A stretch of DNA of 63,800 nt, counting the filler, from Phoronis australis (taxonomy: Eukaryota > Animalia > Phoronida): assembly GCA_002633005.1 (NCBI GenBank). It is 10 parts of 10 records of this genome, joined end to end, with 100 filler letters (N's around TTAATTAATTAA, not from the genome) between each part and the next. Parts side by side here need not be neighbours in the genome. Positions count along the whole stretch, not along the records: positions 19,684 to 34,645 come from NMRA01000446.1; positions 34,746 to 38,357 come from NMRA01002940.1; 8 more parts are not named here. One strand, given 5' to 3'. This document shows, one piece after another, positions 25,215 through 36,228 of this stretch. The number at the start of each line of letters is the position of its first letter. Position 1 is the stretch's first letter. Both the position numbers and the translations under genes were made by a program. Below the pieces are notes generated by a model. It was given only the letters and a program-made list of their open reading frames with translations, did no database searches and was not told the DNA's origin.

Positions 25215-25332
25215 CTTCCTTGGCACAACAATAATCATGTACTTCCTGGTCTGGTTCTGCAACAGCTCTGCATTGATGTGATTGGCTATCCACTGCATGG
25301 TGAGCATGGCAGGGCGCACCATGTACAGTCGT
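25215..25332 (-). CDS. VPS33B: VPS33B exon 3
   Basis: TTTGCAG...GTAGGG, 118 nt, phase 2-0. Encodes RLYMVRPAMLTMQWIANHINAELLQNQTRKYMIIVVPRK. Confidence 0.9.
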
Positions 25333-25991
25333 CTGCAAACAACAACAACACAATAAATGCAGCAACAGCCACACTCTTAGTTTGGATACAAACACAATGA
25401 ATTCTAGCTTACTGTCACTTTACGGTAGTTGAAAAACCGGTCCTGACTTGACAATCGCAACAATGGAAAATGATTCCGTGTTATACAAGATCAGTCATTC
25501 CATTATTGCTCAACGCCAAGCTGAAAGTAATGACTGCACTCAGCTGATCATTGTTTGGGTTGAGCTTTCAAGCAATAACAGTTCTTCCCAATCCCAGAAT
25601 GCCATTTCTGAACAAAGTACAGTAAAATGTCAGCCAGGATATATTATGTTGTGGACAGGTGAAATTTAATTTTTTCACTTCTTCATAAGCTTAATTTTGT
25701 TAAAAATTGTTTATTTGTATGGATTTTCAAGGCAAGTTTGATTTTGACAAATTGTATGGAGCAGCAGAACCTGTCAAAATTTTACTCCATTTGAAGAGTG
25801 TTCTAGCAAGATTCAAGAAATGGATATTTAATTAGGGTTGTGTGCATAGAAGCTTTGTCAAATTTCAACCACCAGCATATTTTGATAACTGCTGTAACTT
25901 AATATGGGCATTTACGTATAACGAAAATGAGGAAAATTTGGGGCAGGGTATTTAGCTGGGTCTGCATTTATCTGGATGAATACAATTACAC

Positions 25992-26146
25992 CGTTCGTAC
26001 TGTGAAGATGGTTGCACAAATTTCCCAGCAGCCTCTAGTTTGTAGATCTTGTTGACGCCATGTTGTTTGAGTATGGAAGCACCTGCTATCCTGTCAATGG
26101 GCTTCATCAACTCAGCCTCCAAAACTAAATCTTTTTCACCACTCAT
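25992..26146 (-). CDS. VPS33B: VPS33B exon 2
   Basis: TTTTAG...GTGTAA, 155 nt, phase 0-2. Encodes MSGEKDLVLEAELMKPIDRIAGASILKQHGVNKIYKLE..., matching the recalled VPS33B motif [29 protein letters not shown]. Confidence 0.9.
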
Positions 26147-26765
26147 CTAAAACAGAATTTACATAAAAGTTGTCATTGGCAATTAGTATAAGTAATACTA
26201 TATTGGTTTGGTTATTGTCAGTAATAATAAAAATTAAAGACTGAACACATCAAAGCCAAAGGGTGGGGATAATTCTATAACTTAAAGCTACAATCACCTA
26301 AACTCCAATCCCTGACCAGCAAACAGTAAAATCAAGGTNNNNNNNNNNNNNNNNNNNNNNNNNNNNNNNNNNNNNNNNNNNNNNNNNNNNNNNNNNNNNN
26401 NNNNNNNNNNNNNNNNNNNNNNNNNNNNNNNNNNNNCCTAAGTGACGATGAAAAAACAGAAGCTGCTGGTAAGATGTGAATTTTAATGGAAGCCTTAGTG
26501 AATCACTCAGAAACTCGCAATACTCTCTTTGTCAAACCTTATCTTAAGACGGTTTCCAAAGCAATCCCGTCATTATTGCCAACACGAAAAATGGATTTGG
26601 TCTTTTGGGCATTTGAAGACTATTTCAAATACGACAAATTTGTTAACAATTGATGGCACAAAATATAAAACGTGTAATAAGCATTACAAAAAGAAGTAGG
26701 TTTCGCGCGCAAACACTGTGACCCATAAACAAGTAAGTCTTTTAGTATGACAGCAGTAGTTAAAT

Positions 26766-26826
26766 CGTGGTGGTGTAGTGGTAAGGCACGCGCGCTCTAT
26801 CCGCCAGGTCGTGAGTTCGAGTTTTT
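26766..26826 (+). pseudogene. tRNA-derived (SINE-head-like) fragment with Pol III A and B boxes
   Basis: A box TGGTGTAGTGG and B box GAGTTCGAGT followed by a T run. No complete cloverleaf. Confidence 0.5.
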
Positions 26827-26949
26827 GAGACGTGTAGTTTTTTTCTGTTTGACACGTTCTCCGTGTTTTTTTTGCCTTTTTTTCTTGGATAATACTTCAG
26901 AAGTCAAGGAAAATGCTTGAATTTTAGAGGTAAAAACAGAAAAATTTCC

Positions 26950-27092
26950 TGGGCGGAAGGGGGGCAAACCCCCCTCCCGACCTCCCCCCATTGGGTGCTA
27001 TGCGCATCTACAATCGTGGTTCAGTTTGCGCAAATCCTTCCAGCCGGACAAAATGTTGGGCCCCCCCTTGTGATATCCTAGATCCGCCACTG
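26950..27092 (-). mobile_element. End of a CAGTGGCGGATCTAG-type non-autonomous DNA element
   Basis: The minus strand begins CAGTGGCGGATCTAGGAT...GGGGGG. Related termini occur at 30710, 38650 and 43492. Confidence 0.5.
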
Positions 27093-27446
27093 GTATATAT
27101 GTTCAACTGAAGCAGGCATGATAAAGTTATAAACTGTTCAGTGACGACAGTGATGAGAAACGGAATACCAATGACCAATTTCAGAGATAAGAAGAACATA
27201 GAATATGTTTATGTAAAATCTGTGTAGATGAATGTGTATTCGGGCTGCAATATTTCGCGTTTTTGAAGCGAGTTCCTAGCGTTATTGGACTGTCTCCACC
27301 CAGGAAGTGTCAGACGATGCCGATGGGAACCAGTCTCCACTGTATTTAAGTGAATGACCATAATGGTCATTATTAAGAAAAAAATGGATTCCAACATCCA
27401 TTAAGGACTTTAAGCAATAACAAAAGAATATAATATTGTCGCTTAC

Positions 27447-27533
27447 AGTTTCCAGTAAGTGCACGAGTTTATCTTTAGCGAACTGTTTGAGATACTGTAC
27501 ATCAGGAAATCCCGACTCAACGGGCGCCGCCAT
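27447..27533 (-). CDS. VPS33B: VPS33B exon 1 (start codon)
   Basis: AAGATGGCGGCG start. Encodes MAAPVESGFPDVQYLKQFAKDKLVHLLET, with donor GTAAGC, in a CpG-rich context. All seven exons join in phase. Confidence 0.88.
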
Positions 27534-28852
27534 CTTGGAATTTGGGTGACCTCTTGTGGGAGATACACGCATTGCTTGATCAATACGGTAATGCAAGTCC
27601 GCCGAGGGCGCTAAGAGACCGTTTGACAAACGGGCCAAGCGTCCTTTAAAAACTGCGATATTTTTACCAATGACAAAACTAATTTGACTTCTCTAAGCTT
27701 TTTTCCGTGTTGTCACAAAGCCCTATAATTTCCTCCTGTTTTCACCACTCTGAACTAGCTGCGGGCACGAACCCCCTCCACTACTCATCCGGCGTCCGGC
27801 GACCCGCTCCCGGCCGTCGCCGACAGTTATTTCATTCTCCACCGCTCTCGCATGGGTGTGCAGAATTTTGCTCTTTGGAGACAAAGCCCGTAAATGTGAT
27901 CACCATTAAAACTGAGTGACCATGCATCAACAAAATTAGTAGACCTGCACCAGTGCAGCACCATAGTGACGAGCACTGGTAGGCCTACATGTCAGTTGAG
28001 GCCCGGGTGTGACTAAGAGCGAGCGAAAATTCCAAAGCGCCGCACTTACTCTTTATTTAAGAGAAAGAGTTAGATTGGCACACAAACGTTGTAAGCACAT
28101 ACTTAACGAGGTTTGAAATCGAGTTTGTGTATTTCGGTTACGTAGTAGCACATATGATAAAACCTCACGTCAAGTTCACGATATTCCTTGCTCACCTCAC
28201 GTTTTCGCGAAGAACATTTGCGGATGGGGAAATCGGAGGTGATTTTCGACATTGTTTTGAATTCTTGAAGAAAAAATATGCAAAACCATATCTTATACTT
28301 GTGACTTTTATTTTGGTCGTTCTCAGCGATCAAATCTCTGCAGGCCTATATAGAATAGTGTTGTGAGCCGTTGAACACTGAGGTGCCGGTACGATTGGAG
28401 TTTTATTTACACGCCTCTATAGTGTTCCGACTCATGATTACTCGCTACTTTTTCTGCAAGTTCTGTTGATCCTTAGAGTATTTTTTTTCACAACCAACTC
28501 CAACTTGCTCAAGGCCGGGTTGCACTGTATTAGCAAGATGTGTCATATAAGTAAAAGGTTTGAAAACGATCTATCCCAGTACTGGTTTTTCGCATATGTA
28601 CACCTTTATGGACTGGGCACTTATTAATTAGCAAAGTCTGAAAACGAGTGGGGGCGCTTCTAGGGACATGGGCGCTCATAAGGACATGTTATTTTATTTA
28701 CAAAATAATTTTAGCTACAATAAGAAATCAGTTCCAAGAAATATGGTATTTCACTTGCTGTGAGTACGTGGACCAGTTTTCCGCCTTTCCCGCCTTTTCG
28801 CACCAGAAAATGGGACTGACGCACCTAAAAACATGGCCGCCCCACCAGAAAA

Positions 28853-28936
28853 CAGGACCGCCGGGGACTGAACATGACCGCCGGGGATTGAAACCGCATA
28901 TTGTCCGGCGGTCATGTTCAGTCCCCGGCGGTCCTG
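28853..28936. repeat. Perfect 32-bp inverted repeat with 20-nt loop
   Basis: CAGGACCGCCGGGGACTGAACATGACCGCCGG (28853-28884) and its exact reverse complement (28905-28936). Confidence 0.95.
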
Positions 28937-30709
28937 ATTTTGTTGACAAATTCTTAAGAAGCCGCTCACAGAGAGGGCCCAATGTTGGAATCGATAACCT
29001 CTATTTTCCTGTTTTTGTGAAATCGTGCAACCGGATGTCATGTTGAAGGAGGTCACTCCCTGCATCGTTTTGGGACCACTCGACGGTGGAATGCAGTCAC
29101 TCTTTTTTCCAAGCTTAATGATGTTTAGCCTTTCATTTTAAGGTGTCCCATTTCAGACGCTACCTTCCCTCGGTGGATCAGTTTAGAGAAAAGTTTTCTC
29201 CTTTGTCCCTCTATACATGTAAATCCGACAACGTCAAGTATTCACGATGGAAGTTGAGATTCATCAAAAACAAAACAATAGTGCACACCACAGCCATTCG
29301 ACCCAAACAACCAAAAATGTGAAAAATACAGTAGGATTGCCGCCATCGAAAGGGTGGAATTTTGAAGAACGTGAAGACCACTATTTGTAAATTACACAAA
29401 AGATTTATTTCCGATGATTAGATATACAATAATGTTACTGTTTCCCATAGTATCACAAAAAATAGTATCTCTTTTGAAAATGGTTACTATGAGTAGTTTG
29501 TAAGGAATTCCCACATGTGGAAAACACTGCTGTCGAGGCTTCTATTTCTGATGACTGTGTACATGTCGACAGGGGTACTCAAAGAACTCTCGCGATCATA
29601 AACAAAGACTTTAGCGGTTTTTTTTGTCAGTGGAGTTCAAGTTTACCTCGTGAACCGTAATAAGTACCTCTGAAATGAGCAAACACACACCTTAATACGA
29701 ATACCCCATCTCCCTTATTCCCCGGGTTACCCATCAAAAGTCTGCCAGCATGCATGCGGAAATTGCTTGTAACATTCCGTTTTGATAAACAAATTCGTTA
29801 GTTTCTGATTCATTTATTTATGTATCTTCGAAAATCGATAGATTTATAGATAATTTTGACAATTAAAAGCTAATCTTGTAAGAATTGACGATGTTTCAGC
29901 GAATTTAATTGCACCCAGAAGTTGGAAAGACTCTATAATCCGATCCCCCAATAGTAAAGTACACTTATAGTCGAATTTTGCATATCTAAAATAACTCTCA
30001 CAGACATTGATGAAATTCGGACTCACAAACAGTAGCTATAGGAAAAACGTTTCAAAAATCCTTAAATAAATAAAATTAAACTCAGGTTGTCTTTGTACTT
30101 CCTTGGTGTTTTAGTTTCCAGTAGTATTGAGTAATGAATTTTTGTTCTTCAAAACTGAATTGATTGCTTGTCATGACTGACGTTACCACGTTGAAAATAA
30201 GATGTAACCCTGCAGTAGGCCCGGCGCGCAGAATCTCAGTGATCCACGGGAACTGAATTTGAACTCCAGGCGTTCAGGAAGTGTGTACATTTTGGGACAC
30301 ACTGTCCTTTTCCCCAGCCACCAGAAACTGGGCGTGTTTCAACTACAGAGGTGGGCATTTTGAAACAGCCCCAAAGGCACTATACCAGGGACTTCAGGAC
30401 CTCACTTTTTCAAAAAAACTCCTTCAAAGAATGACCATAATAAAATAAAGTTTTCCCGAAACTAAATCACAAGAAAACGAATACTGACCTTAGAGTGAGC
30501 GCAGACCGCCGGTACGAGCTGCCTGCCTGTGTCTGTCTCAAGTGAATCACAGCTGAGCTGACCAGCAAATAGCTTTAGTTCATCGGTAATTTCGTAGTTT
30601 CACTCAGCTATTGATACTTGAGGCAGCTCCTCGCTACCGGTCAGTGTCCTGGTCCTGGTGTTGGTTCACGGTAACTCAACTCTTGATGGCCTTATCCCTG
30701 GGATTGTGC

Positions 30710-30943
30710 CAGGGGCTGATTCAGGATTTTGAATTGGGGGGGGGGGGNGGGGACTCGGGGGATGGGGCGAAAGCACAATGCATAGGCCTTGAACAAACCA
30801 CGTTTACCGGTTTTTTTTAGTAATAATGTCCACAAACCCATAAATTCGAGACCTCTGCATCCGTACATTTTTTAAGCTGGGCACGCGTGTGTGGCAAAAT
30901 TCTGGTTTTTCCTGCGCCCTGCAAAATCCTGGATCCCCCTCTG
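30710..30943. mobile_element. Short TIR element (CAGGGGCgGATcCAGG family)
   Basis: Ends CAGGGGCTGATTCAGGA and TCCTGGATCCCCCTCTG. The internal sequence (ATGCATAGGCC.TGAACAAAC..CGTTTACCG...AAATTCGAGACC) is shared with 38458-38650 on another contig. Confidence 0.7.
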
Positions 30944-31063
30944 GGTTGTTTAGCGAAGCAGGAATGGTTTGTGCCCCCCAATAATTTTTGCCTTCCTACA
31001 GGCCTGGCTATATTGCAAAAACGATCCTCCAGAGTTCAATAGATACAACTATGGAAGCAAAAA

Positions 31064-31080
31064 TGCCACTAGGGGGCGTC
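31064..31080 (+). promoter_or_regulatory. CTCF-consensus motif
   Basis: TGCCACTAGGGGGCGTC fits CCASYAGRKGGCR. Motif match only. Confidence 0.35.
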
Positions 31081-31100
31081 AGAGCAGTAAATCCTGTCCG

Positions 31101-31660
31101 CAGCTTCGCCCCCAGCCTCAAGAGGGCGCTGATCGCTTTAGATTGAGGCTTGGTTTTGGCCCGCAAAATGTGGGCAGGCTCGTCTCCAAGCCTAAAGATG
31201 GCGCTGATTGAATTAGTCACTTCAGGCTTGGATATGGGAAATGTAATGTGCCAGCATTCTGACACATTTTTATGGAAATCGCCAGAATATGACGAATAAT
31301 ATAATTGAAATTTTTGCAGTTTTACATAAAAATGAAAACTAATGGCATATTGCAGAAATTTAGGTATAAATTATAGCAAAAATGATGTATTTTGATTTGA
31401 AAACAGATTAATTTCTATTGTACTATTAATAAAAAAATTGGAAATAAGTACCCAAAAAAACTTTATTGCAAACAATAATCAAAACAACGCGTTCTGCTTC
31501 ATGGATGGCAGCAACAACGCCTGTGAAAATGATTAAAATCTACCTTTGTTTTTACTATGCCAATGCAGCAGTCAATCATTGCACGGAAGGCAATTAAAAA
31601 AAACTAAGCCTCAAATGGCTAAACCGATCAGCAACATGTTGAGGCTTGGGGACGAGGCTG
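31101..31660. mobile_element. Non-autonomous TIR element with ~55-bp imperfect TIRs (5'-CAGCCTCGTCCCCA)
   Basis: Left CAGCTTCGCCCCCAGCCTCAAG...GCTGATCGCTTTAG..TTGAGGCTTGGTT versus right AACTAAGCCTCAA...CTAAACCGATCAGC...TTGAGGCTTGGGGACGAGGCTG. AT-rich interior, with a partial third TIR copy near 31174. Confidence 0.65.
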
Positions 31661-32547
31661 GGTTATGGGAAATGAAATGTGTTGTTGAATTTTGTGGTGA
31701 TACGTTTCTAGGGATAGGCAAATTTTCTCATAAAAACTGAATAAGTTGGTGTTTTTAAATCATGGCTCTATTTTGTTGTTAATTAAGAACATACGTGGCA
31801 GTTGCTCACACCTATTTGTTGACAAACAGACAAAAGACTGATCTCTTGAACAAACCGTAAATGTTTTATATGCAAAGACGGTGTAAGTATGAAGATGTAA
31901 CAGGAAGTAAACAATGGTCTCCGATCCTTGCTGGAATCGAGTCTAAAGCTCTCACCCTCCCTCTCTGTATCTTTCCCTACTCTCTCCCTCCCCCCTCCCT
32001 CACTTTCTGTTGATCACATGCTTGGATTTCACCTTCAGGCTATTGACTAATCCTGGCTCTAGCAATTTTTGTTTCACTATTTTGCCACTGACTGAGGTTA
32101 AATAATCACTTGACGACGAGAAAAAAACATACACTGCACTGAAACAAATTATCCTCCTTTTTTAACAAACAAAAACTTGCTCAAAGGCCTCTTTGTAAGA
32201 CCCAGCAACAGGAAATGCAAGGCAAACCCTTGACCCATTTGTAGTTCTAAGTGAACAAACAGAACCAGAAATCAGACAACAAAATCTAATAAAAGATATA
32301 TTAAACAATTGAGTTCCTCAATCCTAAATGTCATATGGTCCAAATACATCTGAACAATTTTTTTCATTAAATGCATTTAAGAATGGAGGGGGTAATGGTA
32401 CATCAATTTAAAAAACGTATCCAATTTCAATTGACAAAGGAACATGCCATCCCTCACTCGCCTGTGCTATACAACATAAGACAATAATTTCCTTCATTAC
32501 TCAAGAAGATTTGGGCCACAAGGAGAGCTAGATGAATGTCACTCACC

Positions 32548-34071
32548 TCAGTCAAATTTTTTAGACTTGCTCTTATTAACGTCAATATAAAACTTTTTCC
32601 CTTCTCCAGGTGGCACTGTATAACCAAGTCCACCCGATTTGGTCGAATTGAATTTATACTCCAATGCCTTGTCAAACTGTGCTTCCAACTTCTTGTTCAA
32701 CTGAGTTTCCTCATACTTGTTCAGGGCTGCAGCACCTCCACCACCTGGTGTGGCCTGCTTAGACCAAACAGCGAAAAGCCCACCGCCAGCTTTACCTGAT
32801 TTTGCTGTTTTATTGCCGCCAAGAAGCCGCAGAAACTTATTCTGACGCTCCTCGCTTCCCAGATCTGCTGTTGACCACTGACCTAACACTGTATCGCTGG
32901 ATGATGTTTTCTCAACAACAGTTTCACCTTTAACCTTTTCAGGATCACGAGAATCACCACATGTGACACCAAGCACACCACTTACAGTGGTCTTGTCACC
33001 TTTTCCGCCAACTTCACATGAAGTGTTGTCTTTATTCTTCCTTTTCTTTTTCTTTTCCTTTTCCTCCTTAGGTTCATTAAGTGTAGTCTTACCAACATCC
33101 ATTACATCATTACCACCACACTTACCTATCTCTTCAGATTCCTGCAACTCACCAACACAAGCCTGACTCTCCAGTTTCCTCTTGTTCTTCTTTCTTTTCT
33201 TCTCTTTGTCTCCCAGACTAGTTTGTGAGTCACTACACTTGCTCACCACATCAGCACTAACACTGCTGCTCAGTGGTTCACCACATTGTTCACTTGCAAC
33301 CTTGACTTTCTTCTTCCTCTTCATTTTTCTCTTGTCCCCAGTTTCACCAGGTGCAGTATTCTCATTGCTCAGGTGAACAGTGGTTTCATTGATTGTCTGA
33401 TCAGCACCTTCTCCTACCTGTATCTTTCCTTTCTTCTTTGCTCCCTTGTTTTTATAACTTCCACAATTCACATCATCACCTGAACAATCAACCTCACAAG
33501 ATTTATTGCTTTTCTTCTTTCGCCTCTTATTAGACTCCACGCTGACAACCATGTGCTCGTCCAACCCAACACCGTCCTGCATAATTTCACTTTCGTCTCG
33601 TTTTCTTTTCTTACTTTTCTTCTTTGAAATGACCTCACCAAACTTTCCTTTTTTACCATCTGGAGCTAGATTTTCATCTATGCAAGATTCCTTGTCTGCA
33701 GTATTAGAAACACGGTTTTCAAGCTTCTGGGTTGTACCAAGAAAACTTGCATTGTCACCACTGGCATCCCTTTCTTTAGTTTTACGCTTTTTCTTTTTTT
33801 CCTTTAGATTTTCAAGGGTAAAGTCAATATTCTTAACAATGGTAAAACTTACACAATCGTCCATGTCTTTATTCTGTTTCTCAATGGATTGATCAGGCTC
33901 ACAATTTCCCGTTTTCTTATCCTTCTTTTTCTTCTTTTTTTTTCGTACCACCTCATCACTACCACCAGGATTTACATTTCCTGGAACAAAGCCGATTCCA
34001 GCTTTGCTTACAATATTTCCGTCAACATCATTGATCTTTTTGTTCTTTTTCTTTTCCTTCATTTCAATCAT
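32548..34071 (-). CDS. KNOP1: Lysine-rich nucleolar protein 1-like (C-terminal SMAP domain), ~507 aa, uninterrupted CDS
   Basis: Repeated poly-K/R clusters. C-terminus GQWSTADLGSEERQNKFLRLLGG...LEAQFDKALEYKF...GGLGY...KKFYIDVNKSKSKKFD resembles KNOP1. The first in-frame ATG is at 34071 (the ORF-track start is TTG). An acceptor at 34197-34199 and an upstream donor after 34421 suggest a 5' UTR intron. Confidence 0.85.
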   Translation of the reverse strand: MIEMKEKKKNKKINDVDGNIVSKAGIGFVPGNVNPGGSDEVVRKKKKKKKDKKTGNCEPDQSIEKQNKDMDDCVSFTIVKNIDFTLENLKEKKKKRKTKERDASGDNASFLGTTQKLENRVSNTADKESCIDENLAPDGKKGKFGEVISKKKSKKRKRDESEIMQDGVGLDEHMVVSVESNKRRKKKSNKSCEVDCSGDDVNCGSYKNKGAKKKGKIQVGEGADQTINETTVHLSNENTAPGETGDKRKMKRKKKVKVASEQCGEPLSSSVSADVVSKCSDSQTSLGDKEKKRKKNKRKLESQACVGELQESEEIGKCGGNDVMDVGKTTLNEPKEEKEKKKKRKNKDNTSCEVGGKGDKTTVSGVLGVTCGDSRDPEKVKGETVVEKTSSSDTVLGQWSTADLGSEERQNKFLRLLGGNKTAKSGKAGGGLFAVWSKQATPGGGGAAALNKYEETQLNKKLEAQFDKALEYKFNSTKSGGLGYTVPPGEGKKFYIDVNKSKSKKFD

Positions 34072-34745
34072 TGCATTAAGTTCAGAGATTGAATCGATGA
34101 ATCCACGTTCTCGATAACTTTCCAAAGACAGACAACTTTTAACTCCAAGGGAAACACCGAGTGCCAACTCCAGATACAAGATTTTTCAAGTACAACCTGA
34201 AACACAAACAATTTAATGAGCGAAACTATGTATATTTCTGGGTTCCATTTAAATGATGATAATATTAAACAAAGATCTTTTTGGAATCAAAAAGCCATAC
34301 CAGTCGCCCCCTTCCCATCTCATGCTAACGGGCATTGTCGTCGACCTCAAAATTTATCGCCTGGCAAGGTATCTTAGCGGGCTGTATGAACTTTGACGTC
34401 TCAGCAGCGCATCTACCTACCTCTTGAGTAGGCTACAACCCCCCGGGATGAGGAGAATTTCGCGAGTAAATTATATCTTCATCAAGCCAACTTTCAGTAG
34501 TAGGTCTATTAATTAACACTACTATTAGTAGGGTGAGCAAACCAATATGGCGGAAATTCAGCAAGAGCGAAATTTTGCCATTTTTCATGATTTTCACAAG
34601 CTCATATCTATTAGCATACTAAGTGGTGGAAAATGAAAAGTATGCNNNNNNNNNNNNNNNNNNNNNNNNNNNNNNNNNNNNNNNNNNNNTTAATTAATTA
34701 ANNNNNNNNNNNNNNNNNNNNNNNNNNNNNNNNNNNNNNNNNNNN

Positions 34746-34811
34746 GATAATTCTCCAAAATCCACTCGGGCTCTCGAATACGGGGGATGATTTTGCCATG
34801 TAATAATCTAT
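34746..34811. mobile_element. Right half of the MITE family seen at 37538-37700
   Basis: CCAAAATCCACTCGGGCTCT...GCCATGTAATAATCTAT, truncated by the contig start. Confidence 0.7.
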
Positions 34812-35019
34812 ATTTATCTGACATCAATTGTTTACCCAGCATTGAAAGCAACAATTTCAGTGCATAGTATTTCAAGCATGTATTTTCATGAGGATTATTC
34901 TCATGAAAAAGGGGCTTGGTTCCAATTTATAACATTATAACTAACACAGTATTAGTAGTTCCAAATTTCCAGCTTTAACAAGATGAGAAGGGACAACATG
35001 GTCTTATAATCAGCCTTAC

Positions 35020-35299
35020 CCGTATCAAAGCCCTCGGGACATGCCTCAATGACCTCGCCAGACCAGTCCATATGCTGTGCCCCCATGATCTTGATACTGC
35101 GTGTCAACAGACCGACCTCTCCACGAAACTCTATTGTTCGTTTGCCATAGGTACGTGTCACGCCCAAGTGGGTGTACTCTAGATTCTTATCGAGTGTCAG
35201 AGTTTTCTTGTCAACAGATATTGCTTTGATGACCGCGGTCTCTGTTTCGTTTTGGCTGCGACGGTGACTTGTTGTTGGGATGACAACCATGTCTCCAAC
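35020..35299 (-). CDS. PKHD1L1: Fibrocystin-L exon (downstream of G8 domain)
   Basis: GTGTAG...GTAAGG, 280 nt. Encodes VGDMVVIPTTSHRRSQNETE...YTHLG...EFRGEVGLLTRSIKIMG...ACPEGFDTG. Confidence 0.9.
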
Positions 35300-35758
35300 C
35301 TACACAAACACAAAGTGAATTAAACAATCTCCAACATGCTAAGCCCCTTCCGACACAGTATTATTTGGCAATGAGATGGAAGCTTTATTCTGATAGATTG
35401 TTGTCGAACTTAACACACAAGTACATTGAGAGTGTGTGCCTATAGCTGTTATGCTAGTCAAAATACTAGTAGGTAAATATAAAAAATAATCCCAAAGAAC
35501 ACCCACTGTCAAGATGCTGTCAAAAATTCAGTCATTCTTGTTGTTATGGATATTTAGAGGCCATACTTTCACAAGTCAAAACATTGTCAGAGTTTATCAT
35601 TGTCCAGAATTTAACTGTACAACATTTTCAACCTTACTTACTGACCAACTTAGTCATTTTTTCAGAAATAACATTTAAGTTTCAACGCTCAAGTTCTTGT
35701 TCGCACATCCATGCTTCATTTCTTAGACCGTGCATTTTCCACAAAACAAACGCTTCAC

Positions 35759-35850
35759 CTTCCAATCAACAGGCTTCTGAAGGGACACCTTGTCTTGTCC
35801 AGAGGTGGCAGTGTCGGCAAGAAGTACCCATGTGTGTTCAATAGGTCTGC
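35759..35850 (-). CDS. PKHD1L1: Fibrocystin-L exon (missed by the ORF track)
   Basis: TTACAG...GTGAAG, 92 nt, phase 1-0. Encodes GRPIEHTWVLLADTATSGQDKVSLQKPVDWK. Confidence 0.88.
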
Positions 35851-36098
35851 CTGTAAGTACGCAGAGACAGTAAAAAAAAGATCACACACAAAGTCAGTCA
35901 GATAATTACCGTATTCATATAGGTTAACATCCAGGACATCTTAACAATAGCAGAATTCAGAACACAGCCCCCTCCCCCACTTTTTTCAGTGCTGTGCCGC
36001 CTACTTTATTGTCACAATATTTGAAAGGCTTCTCAACCAATAAGCTATTCCTACAAAAAGTAGAGTGGAAAATAACGCAGTTTTTACGGATTTATTAC

Positions 36099-36228
36099 CG
36101 TGTAACTCCAGAGTTCCATGTCGGATCCCCAGGCTCTTAGTGCCATAAACAGGGATCTCCCTCGTCCTCTGATGACCATGTAGCTCAATAATAGTTTCTC
36201 CCCGGTATGGGCTAGCCTCGGTACCAAT
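36099..36228 (-). CDS. PKHD1L1: Fibrocystin-L exon (G8 domain C-terminal part)
   Basis: TTTCAG...GTAATA, 130 nt. Encodes IGTEASPYRGETIIELHGHQRTREIPVYGTKSLGIRHGTLELH. Confidence 0.9.

Noticed and set aside
27282-27638. 118-aa ORF as a complete gene
   Set aside because: Only 27447-27533 is coding (VPS33B exon 1). The rest is 5' region and intron read-through.
28648-29065. Overlapping ORFs on both strands
   Set aside because: They are explained by the GC-rich palindrome, with no domain signal or splice support.
32536-34092. Several plus-strand F/L/S-rich ORFs
   Set aside because: They are antisense shadows of the lysine-rich KNOP1 CDS.
34072-34179. N-terminal 36 aa of the 543-aa ORF
   Set aside because: The ORF begins at TTG. 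In a eukaryote the first ATG (34071) is the likely start.
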